Shown here in pieces: positions 46,904 through 54,989 of a stretch of DNA of 64,000 nucleotides (the first letter of the stretch is position 1; every line of letters begins with the position of its first letter). Source of the DNA: Candidatus Babeliales bacterium (lineage in GTDB: Bacteria; Babelota; Babeliae; Babelales; JBFXEV01); assembly GCA_050179755.1 (NCBI GenBank), contig JBFXEV010000001.1, forward strand, positions 1,061,940 to 1,125,939, read 5' to 3'. Under the pieces are notes generated by a model that was not told where the DNA came from, searched no databases, and saw only the letters and a list, made by a program, of their open reading frames with translations. Both the position numbers and the translations under genes were made by a program.

Positions 46904-48145
46904 ATGCAGAAACGGTTTTTATTTATCGTAGCACATACGCTTTTTTTTGTTGTACGTTCAATGGATAATCCAGTAGATCCAGCAGTTCTGGAAATGCATA
47001 CAGGTATCGCAAAATTAGAAGTCGATCGCGTTAAACATGCGTTAGCACAGGGTGCAGATGTGTGGGCGGTCGATGAGAGAGGTGATACTTTTTTGCATCA
47101 TATTGTATATCGTGCCGAGCGGTGCAATGAGCAGCAGCAGCAAGAACTTGTAATTCCTATAATGCAGGTACTGCTCGATGCTGGAGCACTTGTAAATGCT
47201 GTAAATAGTATAGGAGTTGTTCCTTTGCATGCGGCAGTATATCAAGACGCAAAGTACATTATAGATTGCCTGCGTAAGCAAGGCGCAGACGATACGATAA
47301 AAGACAACCAGGGGCGAGGATTGCTTGATATCAGCTTACATGGTTGGAAGTGCCGTCGCTTGCTTACTGCTGCTAGTATTGAGGAAATGCAACAACTTTT
47401 AGAAGAGGGTGCAAATCCTGACGGCGCGCGTAATAGGCAAGGATTTGCATTACATCATGCAGTGCAAAAGTTGGATTGGGAAAAAGTTCAATTACTGTTG
47501 TATCATGGTGCAAACGCAAATGCGCAAGCAGCTGGTGGCAAAACACCACTGCATCATTTAGTTGAAGTAACTTCTCTTTATTGTGAGCAGGAGGGAGAGG
47601 TATTTGACCTGGCTCAATTGCTTGTGGAATATGCAGCAGACGTAGATGCAGTAGATGTGTTTGGTAATGCTGCATTACATTTTGCAGCAGAAAAAATGTT
47701 AGGAAATTGGCTTATTTTTTTGTTGCTTCATAACGCACGTTTAGTCGTTAAAAATAAAGCAGGGCAGACGCCTTTGCATTGTTTATTTCAAAATAATATG
47801 TTAAACAAGAATCAACGCGGATTTGTACAAAATATTTTGCTAATTGCTGCCCGTAATCAAATCAAAGCGATTGTGCCTCAAGAATATTCATTCGATGAGC
47901 TCGTTGCAATTTTTTTGGAAACAATAAGAGCATCAGTGGGCACAGGAGATGCGAGCGGCAGAACTTTGATGCAGCTTAGTAACAGTAATAGTATCTCTTC
48001 TTTGGTTGATCCATGTTTAATTACAGAAAATTTTTATGATGATGCCGTAACTTTTTGTGCGGGCCTTAGGCAAGATCATGTGCATGATGTTGCTTTTAAG
48101 AGTCGCAAAGATCAAAAATTAAAGCCACTGCGCAAGTCAAGGTAA
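46904..48145 (+). CDS. Ankyrin-repeat protein with signal peptide
   Basis: GDTFLHHIV, VVPLHAAV, GKTPLHHLV, GNAALHFAA and GQTPLHCL. Confidence 0.85.
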   Translation: MQKRFLFIVAHTLFFVVRSMDNPVDPAVLEMHTGIAKLEVDRVKHALAQGADVWAVDERGDTFLHHIVYRAERCNEQQQQELVIPIMQVLLDAGALVNAVNSIGVVPLHAAVYQDAKYIIDCLRKQGADDTIKDNQGRGLLDISLHGWKCRRLLTAASIEEMQQLLEEGANPDGARNRQGFALHHAVQKLDWEKVQLLLYHGANANAQAAGGKTPLHHLVEVTSLYCEQEGEVFDLAQLLVEYAADVDAVDVFGNAALHFAAEKMLGNWLIFLLLHNARLVVKNKAGQTPLHCLFQNNMLNKNQRGFVQNILLIAARNQIKAIVPQEYSFDELVAIFLETIRASVGTGDASGRTLMQLSNSNSISSLVDPCLITENFYDDAVTFCAGLRQDHVHDVAFKSRKDQKLKPLRKSR

Positions 48146-48150
48146 TGATA

Positions 48151-48774
48151 TTAAGTAATTTGGGTGACTTGTATACCTTTGCCAAGTCTTTCTAAAAGCT
48201 GTTGTACGGCAGCAGCATTTTGGCATCTAATAGCGAGTTGTGGCCGATTCTGTGCAAGCCGTGCGCCATGCTTCAGCAACCATTCTATCATGGCAAGTTG
48301 TTTAATTTGATCTATGCCGGGTAGCCCTTTCAACGCACATTCAAGTGGCGTCATGCCAAAAGGTGTTTCATGATTAAGTTCAGCCCCTGCGTCTTGTAAT
48401 GCTTGTGCCATTGCAATATTGCCTGATCGTGCAGCTTTAAAAATTGGTGTTTCGCCTAAATAATTACGCGCATTGGCATCTGCTTTTAGAGCGAGCAGGT
48501 GCGTTACAACTATCAATCGTTCTTGCGCTGCTGCTTGATGCAACGGAGGAGATGCATGGCCATGTTGCGTAATATCAGCAAACGTGGCAAGTCTGGTAAT
48601 CTCAGTAAGATCGCCTTTTGCAATAGCTGGAATAAGTGCATACTGCGCGTCAGTTTTTATAGGAAAATCAAATATAGTTTTTTTGGTACCATATGTTGCT
48701 GGGTGGTCATACATGCCAATTAGATTACATGCGTAGAATATGAGTGTGCTTAGCAAGAGTGTATGTACAAACAT
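48151..48774 (-). CDS. Ankyrin-repeat protein with signal peptide
   Basis: SPPLHQAAAQE, GETPIFKAARSGN and GMTPLECA. The ATG at 48774 is preferred over the GTG at 48828. Confidence 0.8.
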   Translation of the reverse strand: MFVHTLLLSTLIFYACNLIGMYDHPATYGTKKTIFDFPIKTDAQYALIPAIAKGDLTEITRLATFADITQHGHASPPLHQAAAQERLIVVTHLLALKADANARNYLGETPIFKAARSGNIAMAQALQDAGAELNHETPFGMTPLECALKGLPGIDQIKQLAMIEWLLKHGARLAQNRPQLAIRCQNAAAVQQLLERLGKGIQVTQIT

Positions 48775-48989
48775 AATAAGGATTCCTTGTGGTAATGCTG
48801 GTTGCTTGTAGCAGATACTATAGCACACTAAAAATGTAAGTATACCATGTATAATTGTTGGAATTGTGCGTGCTCGTAGTACGCATCTTTTATGTGTTAT
48901 ATTTGCTAATAGTCAACGTTTGTATATACTATGTAAGGTACTTTTGTAGGGCAAGAGGCACTGTTATAAAATTGTCTTGATGGAATCGC

Positions 48990-49553
48990 ATGCAAAAATT
49001 TATATTTCTCCTTTTATGGGCACAGCTGGCGAGCGTTTTTTTTGGGTCTGCTATGCAGTCAATAAAAGCAATGAGCCGTTCAGCTTCTCAGCCTAGCATG
49101 ATACGTAAATCTCCTATTCCTAAAGGTCAAATAAATAAGCCCGATAACGAAGGGAACGCTCGGCTGCATCTTGCCGTGTTAGATGGTAATTCAATGAGAG
49201 CAAAAGAATTGCTAACAGAAGAAGCAGAAGAAGCTAATCCAAATGTAGAACAATCGCTCAGTAAAAGAACACCTTTGCATTTAGCTGCTAATCATAAAAC
49301 TAAGCCAAAAAAATCTTTGAACATTGCTAAGTTATTGCTATTTCATGGTGCAACAGTTGATCCGGTAGATAGTAAAAAAAGAACGCCATTGCATTATGCT
49401 TGCAGAAGAGGCAGAAGAGAAATGGTCTTTTTGTTGCTTTCAGCGGGCGCAAAAACTGACGTTATAGATATCGTTGGAAAAACCCCCCGAGATCTTGATG
49501 AAAGCCAATTAATCAGGGCGTATGAAGAGTCATTGACCAAGCAAGAAAAGTAA
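48990..49553 (+). CDS. Ankyrin-repeat protein with signal peptide
   Basis: GNARLHLAV, RTPLHLAA and RTPLHYACRRG. Confidence 0.8.
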   Translation: MQKFIFLLLWAQLASVFFGSAMQSIKAMSRSASQPSMIRKSPIPKGQINKPDNEGNARLHLAVLDGNSMRAKELLTEEAEEANPNVEQSLSKRTPLHLAANHKTKPKKSLNIAKLLLFHGATVDPVDSKKRTPLHYACRRGRREMVFLLLSAGAKTDVIDIVGKTPRDLDESQLIRAYEESLTKQEK

Positions 49554-49844
49554 TATAAGGGCAAGCGATTTTTGCGTAATGATGCCTTAGCGAAGAGTAA
49601 AATTGTTAATGCTAGTACGGTAAATGAATAACTGAGCAAAGTTGTGGTTTAAAAATAACGTTCTTGCACTTAGAATTCTTCACACCATTTTCCCAAAACC
49701 CTCTACTTACATCAGTAAATTTGATATGTCATCAAGCAATAATTGTCTAATTGTAACTTTTTGTGAAAATGGGTACGTTAACCAAAAAGCCATTCTTTGG
49801 TACTCTTATACTATTGAGCATCCATTAAAGAATAAGGGGTATCT

Positions 49845-50450
49845 ATGGTTTCTAAAATTCGTGTGAAAAATTCAACAACGTTCTTAGTTCTTTCGTTAGT
49901 GATTCTAGCAGGTATGGTGGCTTCTCGTACCGTTTCCTTTAATGGTAATTGTGGTGCGATTAATACCTGCGCTGAAGGCAGACCATTTTCTTTTTCAGGT
50001 TCTGCAAAGATAGCAGACAAAACAATACCGTCTTTGAGTGGCGCGGGATCGGCAACACTTAAAGATGTTATCGTGCAAGGTGCAGCCAAGCACAGTGGTT
50101 CGTTCAAGGCCGAAGGCGGCAGTTTTGGTAGCTTAAAAGTCAGTGGCGCTGTAACGCTTAGTGAAACGTCTGTTGCAGGAAAAACAAAAATATCAGGTTG
50201 TCTTGATGGCAAAAAGACTACCTTTGCTGCTATTGAAATTGCTTCGAATAAAAGTGTTTTAACTGAATGTACTGCGGCTTCTATTGCCGTAAAGGCTTCT
50301 AGTTGGCCTATCGTTTCACCAATACTTGAATTAGATGGCACTACAGTTCTTGGTGATATTACTTTTGAAGGCACTGAAGGCCAAGTTATCATGCGCAATG
50401 GTGCTGTTGTTAAAGGTAACATAAGCAACGGAGTAATTGTTCAGGGTTAA
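49845..50450 (+). CDS. Membrane-anchored bactofilin-like (beta-helical, DUF583-like) protein
   Basis: N-terminal TM helix, then a G-x-hydrophobic periodic sequence (SGAVTLSETSVAGKTKISGCLDG...). Paralog of 51298-51900. SD AAGGGG upstream. Confidence 0.45.
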   Translation: MVSKIRVKNSTTFLVLSLVILAGMVASRTVSFNGNCGAINTCAEGRPFSFSGSAKIADKTIPSLSGAGSATLKDVIVQGAAKHSGSFKAEGGSFGSLKVSGAVTLSETSVAGKTKISGCLDGKKTTFAAIEIASNKSVLTECTAASIAVKASSWPIVSPILELDGTTVLGDITFEGTEGQVIMRNGAVVKGNISNGVIVQG

Positions 50451-50574
50451 TGCGTAGAGCGTAGCCTAGCCAGGATAATAGATTAAAATAATAACGTCTT
50501 GTGCAAAATGTTTGAGCGAGCTATTCTTAAATTGAATAGTTCGCTTTTTTAATTGTGTAAAAGGAGATAAGCAT

Positions 50575-51279
50575 ATGAAAATAGCCTTAGTGGTGTTGAT
50601 GCTTAGCGTATGTGGTAGTGCGTATAGCATGAAAGATAGCATAAATAAAAGGAGCCCACTTTTTGATGCAATTGATAAGGGGCAAGCAGAGCAAGTAAAA
50701 GAATCAGCTAAAAATCGTGATTTATTGGAGGAAAAGGATGATATTGGGCGTACTCCTTTGCAGTACGCAGTCTGTGTTTATCCCGAAAAATTGGCGATCG
50801 TTAGCGCACTTCTTGAATGTGGCGCAAATGTTAATAGTAAAGACCTTAATGGCTATACTGTGTTGCATTTTGTTGAATTGGAAGATCTTGCACGATTGCT
50901 TCTTGATCATGGAGCGCAGTTGCTGTCCGATGGTTTTGGCAATACGCCAGTTCATAGTGCGGCCTGGGCAGGTCATACTGGCATTGTTCGCGTATTGCTT
51001 ACCCATGTTACACCGGCAGATATTCCTGCAGATAGTCACAAGGCCCAAAAGAAAGAGGTTATAGAGAATATAATCAAAAGAAAATTAGAAGCTGCACGGC
51101 ATTGGCTTGCAACAGGCAATATGTTTAGTGAAAATCCACATGCTTATGCAGGATCACGCGGCGCCATTTCTTTTGGAGGAGAATCTGAACTGTCTCGTTT
51201 GATTGATGGTGCGCATATAGAGGGACTGAGAGAATGCATCCGGCAAAGTGCAAGTAAGGTTTTAAGTAAAAGAAATTGA
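50575..51279 (+). CDS. Ankyrin-repeat protein with signal peptide
   Basis: GRTPLQYAV, GYTVLHF and GNTPVHSAAWAGH. Confidence 0.8.
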   Translation: MKIALVVLMLSVCGSAYSMKDSINKRSPLFDAIDKGQAEQVKESAKNRDLLEEKDDIGRTPLQYAVCVYPEKLAIVSALLECGANVNSKDLNGYTVLHFVELEDLARLLLDHGAQLLSDGFGNTPVHSAAWAGHTGIVRVLLTHVTPADIPADSHKAQKKEVIENIIKRKLEAARHWLATGNMFSENPHAYAGSRGAISFGGESELSRLIDGAHIEGLRECIRQSASKVLSKRN

Positions 51280-51297
51280 AGCAATTAAAGGATAATC

Positions 51298-51900
51298 ATG
51301 CATGCAAAACGAGGAACATTTGTAGTGGCGTTGTTGGTACTAGCTGTAGCAGCTACATCTGGAGTTTTTTTAATGAAAAAGACTACTTTTTTAGATAATT
51401 TGTGTGTGGGGAGTGCACGAGTAACAAGCGATGGATTTTCGTTTGCGGGTGCAGCGCATCTTGCACATAAAACAATCGCATCATTGCATGGTGCTGGGTC
51501 AGTAATTCTTGACACGGTGATTGTACAAGAAGTGGCAGAAGTTAGTGGGTCACTAAAAGCAAAGGGTGGTGGCTTTGGCAGTATAAAAGTTAGTGGGTCA
51601 GTTATATTAGCAGATACAGCAGTTTCTGGGTTAACGCATGTGATAGGTAGTTTACATGCTACGCATACAGTGTTTGCAGATATTGAGTGTACATCAAACA
51701 AGATTATCCTCTCTTTTTGCACGGCAGATTCCATTATTATGAATGCGCCAGAGGGTTTTACTGAACCATTGATTGTTGAATTAATTGGTACAACCATTTC
51801 TGTTGATATTATGTTTAATGGCGCTCAGGGGAGAGTCATTTTGCAAGATGGCGCAGCAGTTAATGGCAAAATTATTAATGGTGTTTCAGTATATTCTTGA
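51298..51900 (+). CDS. Membrane-anchored bactofilin-like (beta-helical) protein, paralog
   Basis: Same architecture as 49845-50450, with collinear similarity to it (LKAKGGGFGSIKVSGSVILADTAVSG...). Confidence 0.45.
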   Translation: MHAKRGTFVVALLVLAVAATSGVFLMKKTTFLDNLCVGSARVTSDGFSFAGAAHLAHKTIASLHGAGSVILDTVIVQEVAEVSGSLKAKGGGFGSIKVSGSVILADTAVSGLTHVIGSLHATHTVFADIECTSNKIILSFCTADSIIMNAPEGFTEPLIVELIGTTISVDIMFNGAQGRVILQDGAAVNGKIINGVSVYS

Positions 51901-52080
51901 TTTCAAAATCATAATTACTAAAAACGATGCAACTTTGTAATTATGCGGAGATAAAGATCTTATATAGATACGTGGGTACTAATTGTGCAAGTACATTTAG
52001 TGAAAGTATAAAGAAGCCTTAGGTACGTTATAATTTAGCATTGATGAGATTCATAGACTGCAAATGAGCGAAAGCAAAAA

Positions 52081-52464
52081 ATGAAAGTGTTATTAATTGT
52101 ACTGATTTGTTCTCTATCTTGTTATGCTTACGGGATGCAAGAGAACTTGTGCGATGCTACAAAGAAAAGTAGTAAAGAAATAGTGAAAATGCTTATTGCT
52201 GCCAAACCCGAACAACAAACTCCAGATAATCTTGAAGATTCCAGACGTAGGCTTGTTGAAGCTGGTGTTATTGCTGTTGCTGCATTGAAAAAGAAGGCAC
52301 CTCATGCTAAAAAACGTGGATTATCGAGAGAAATCATTCAAAAAATTGCGAGTCACAAATACTTACCAGCTATTGTACATTTAGATACGTTTATTGGAGG
52401 CCCGGATTTAATTTGGGACATGAACCCCCGCTTGCAGCGCGTGGTGCAAATTATTGCGCAGTAA
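52081..52464 (+). CDS. Hypothetical secreted protein
   Basis: ORF with a signal peptide. Confidence 0.4.
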   Translation: MKVLLIVLICSLSCYAYGMQENLCDATKKSSKEIVKMLIAAKPEQQTPDNLEDSRRRLVEAGVIAVAALKKKAPHAKKRGLSREIIQKIASHKYLPAIVHLDTFIGGPDLIWDMNPRLQRVVQIIAQ

Positions 52465-53206
52465 ACGATCTGACCCATTTTTGCACTCGTTCTTCAACAA
52501 TATCCCAATTAATGGCATCCCAAAATACTTGCAAATATGGTGAGCGCTGTATGCCAAAATCAATCATATACGCATGTTCATACACATCTAAAACCAAGAG
52601 TGGCATTGCAAGCACGGGAACATGCTGATTATGTTCTTCAAGCACATAATTATGCACTAATTTATCATCGAGTGAATAGCAGGTGAGCACCCAGCCGCGT
52701 GCACTGTTGCCACTTGCCATAAAATCTTGTTTAAACGCTTCTAAACTACCAAAGCTATCGATAATTAATTTTTCTGTGAGCGGCCCCATTTTTGTAGGCT
52801 TTGGTGAAAGATTTTCAAAATATAATTCATGTAAAATTGAACCATTCACCGCATAGGTTTCTGCAATTTTGAGTGATCTAAAATGAGAGTATGTTCTGCT
52901 TTTTGCGTTTATACGGTCTGCTGTTTCTAATGCTTTTGCAATTTCATTGCGGCTTTTTACATAACCTGCGTAAAGTGTCATGTGCTGTTTGAGCTGGCTT
53001 GCACTTAAACCGTCAATTTTGCCTGCAATATCAAATTCTTTTACACTGTACTGTGTTGGAACATTCGTGATTGTTTCTTGTGTAATTGAGGCAGGAATTT
53101 CTGGTGGGGTTGCAGGATCATGTTTCCATTTGAGCGTGAGTGTGAGTGCAATAAGTGCAAAGAGTGCTGCAATAATAAGATAGGTACGTGATCCATTGAG
53201 CTTCAT
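52451..53206 (-). CDS. sodB: Fe/Mn superoxide dismutase with N-terminal membrane anchor/extension
   Basis: LHELYFENL and DVYEHAYMIDFG motifs, preceded by about 50 extra residues including a TM helix. Confidence 0.85.
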   Translation of the reverse strand: MKLNGSRTYLIIAALFALIALTLTLKWKHDPATPPEIPASITQETITNVPTQYSVKEFDIAGKIDGLSASQLKQHMTLYAGYVKSRNEIAKALETADRINAKSRTYSHFRSLKIAETYAVNGSILHELYFENLSPKPTKMGPLTEKLIIDSFGSLEAFKQDFMASGNSARGWVLTCYSLDDKLVHNYVLEEHNQHVPVLAMPLLVLDVYEHAYMIDFGIQRSPYLQVFWDAINWDIVEERVQKWVRSFTAQ

Positions 53207-53225
53207 CTTTTTTTTGTCCTTTTTT

Positions 53226-53256
53226 GTAAAAATAAGCCCTGCGTTATGCAGGGCTT
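53226..53256 (-). terminator. Rho-independent terminator
   Basis: AAGCCCTGC/GCAGGGCTT 9-bp stem followed on the minus strand by ATTTTT. Lies downstream of 53278-53523. Confidence 0.6.
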
Positions 53257-53277
53257 ACTCATAGTGTTCAAAATTGC

Positions 53278-53523
53278 TTATGCAAAATCTTCTTTTTCCC
53301 AATTTACATTGGCAGAATGTGACCCTGAAACGCGTTGTTGTTGAGGAGCTACGTGTGCTACTTCACATACTTCTTCTTTGCAACAGTCTGTTTGATTGTC
53401 GCAGCGTTCTTCACATGCTTGTTCGTGGCAAGCTTCAGGCGGGCAGCTACGCTTGTTGCAGCAACCGCAACCTGCTAGCAATGCAAGCAGTGAAAGGGTA
53501 GAAATTATTGAAAATTTTTTCAT
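53278..53523 (-). CDS. Small Cys-rich lipoprotein
   Basis: Lipobox LLAGC followed by 11 further Cys in 81 aa. Confidence 0.5.
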   Translation of the reverse strand: MKKFSIISTLSLLALLAGCGCCNKRSCPPEACHEQACEERCDNQTDCCKEEVCEVAHVAPQQQRVSGSHSANVNWEKEDFA

Positions 53524-53581
53524 AATGGTTCCTTAATGGTTAATTAATTTCATGTGTTAAAAGAATAAAATATTTTATTAA

Positions 53582-54754
53582 TTATCGCAAGTAGGTAAAT
53601 AATGAAAGTACTAATGTTGCAAGCACGGGTATCTTGACTGGTTTAAATCCAAATATTTTATAGGCTAGATTACAAAACATAAGCACTATCAATATGGGAT
53701 AACCAACTTCAATAAATGGTGCTGAATATTTAAGAATTGCATCGAGCCCCGAATATGAAATAACAAACGTTGCAATGAGCGTGATAAGTAGTGCGGTGGA
53801 ATATGCTAACTTTCGCTTAAATACAACTGTGTGTAGATAATCAGCAAATACAGCAGCAAGCGCAATAATGGTAGAAAAACATGCCATAAGAACCGCTGTG
53901 CTTATAACAAATGCTCCATGTGCGCCTAGAACTTGAAATGAAATGGCGCTAAACAGTTGCCCTTCATTCTTGGCAAGGGAGATTTGTTCGCCGCTGCCAA
54001 AGTAAGCGCCTAAATAGCTTAAGCCAAGATAAATCAGGCCAAGAAGAGCAGTTCCTATTGCGCCTGCTTTTAGGCTGATGAGCGCAAGCTCTTGTTGATC
54101 TGCTTTGTTATTTTTCTCAGCAAAGTTTTGCTTTAAAATAGTGAGTACTATTGAGCCAAAGAATATGCCCGCAAGCACGTCAAGAGTTTGATAGCCATAT
54201 TTAATATTTTGCCAGATTAAAGTAAGTGTAGGAATTTGAGGGTTTTGAGTTACGCCAATACCCATTATTGCTTTGCCAATAATAATGAGTAATGAAACGA
54301 GTAATATCGGGCTTATAATGTTGCCTAATACGTCCATAATTTTATTTTCTCGTACTGTTGCCAAGAACGTGGCCCCTAAAAATACAAGGCTAAACAGTTC
54401 CATAGATACTGAAGGTATAAAGGGTGAAATCATGGTATATGATAAAGTGACAATACGTGGCATAGCAATGAGAGGCCCTACGGTGAGCAAACAAGCAAGT
54501 GCCATAAGAGTGCCGGGATAGGTGCCAAGTCTATTAAAAAATGCTTCGTAATCACCATTAAATAAAATAATAGTTACAATGCCCACAAGCGGGAGTAAAA
54601 TCGCAGTGATCATAAACGCGCTGATAGCAATAAGATATTGTGAACCTGCTGTTAAACCCACATTGATAGGGAACATTAAATTACCTGCGCCAAAGAGCAT
54701 AGAGAATATTGCAAGACTTGTAGTTATTAAGAGAGAACTCATCAGTTTTTTCAT
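53582..54754 (-). CDS. brnQ: Branched-chain amino-acid transport system II carrier (LIVCS family)
   Basis: N-terminal MLFGAGNLMFP motif and ~12 TM helices. Confidence 0.85.
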   Translation of the reverse strand: MKKLMSSLLITTSLAIFSMLFGAGNLMFPINVGLTAGSQYLIAISAFMITAILLPLVGIVTIILFNGDYEAFFNRLGTYPGTLMALACLLTVGPLIAMPRIVTLSYTMISPFIPSVSMELFSLVFLGATFLATVRENKIMDVLGNIISPILLVSLLIIIGKAIMGIGVTQNPQIPTLTLIWQNIKYGYQTLDVLAGIFFGSIVLTILKQNFAEKNNKADQQELALISLKAGAIGTALLGLIYLGLSYLGAYFGSGEQISLAKNEGQLFSAISFQVLGAHGAFVISTAVLMACFSTIIALAAVFADYLHTVVFKRKLAYSTALLITLIATFVISYSGLDAILKYSAPFIEVGYPILIVLMFCNLAYKIFGFKPVKIPVLATLVLSLFTYLR

Positions 54755-54989
54755 TGGTATCCTTTAATCAAAACAATAGAGAATTTGGAAAAAGAGGGCG
54801 ATAAATTAGTATCAAATAATGAGCTTTTAGTATATCGCAACTTACCTATATCTGCAAACTACGCGTAATGCAAGATCAGTTCTTGATTTATACGCATGAT
54901 TGTTGCATTTATGCAGCCCGATATTTTATACTTACACTAAGTACGTTAAAATGAAGCGTATACGATTCAATCACTAATGGAGGTTAGTA

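Noticed and set aside
49811-50428. 205-aa minus-strand ORF (and its twin at 51285-51797) antisense to the bactofilin-like genes
   Set aside because: The plus-strand ORFs have SD sequences, TM N-termini and mutual collinear similarity. Long antisense frames are expected in Gly/Ala/Val/Ser-rich repetitive coding sequence.
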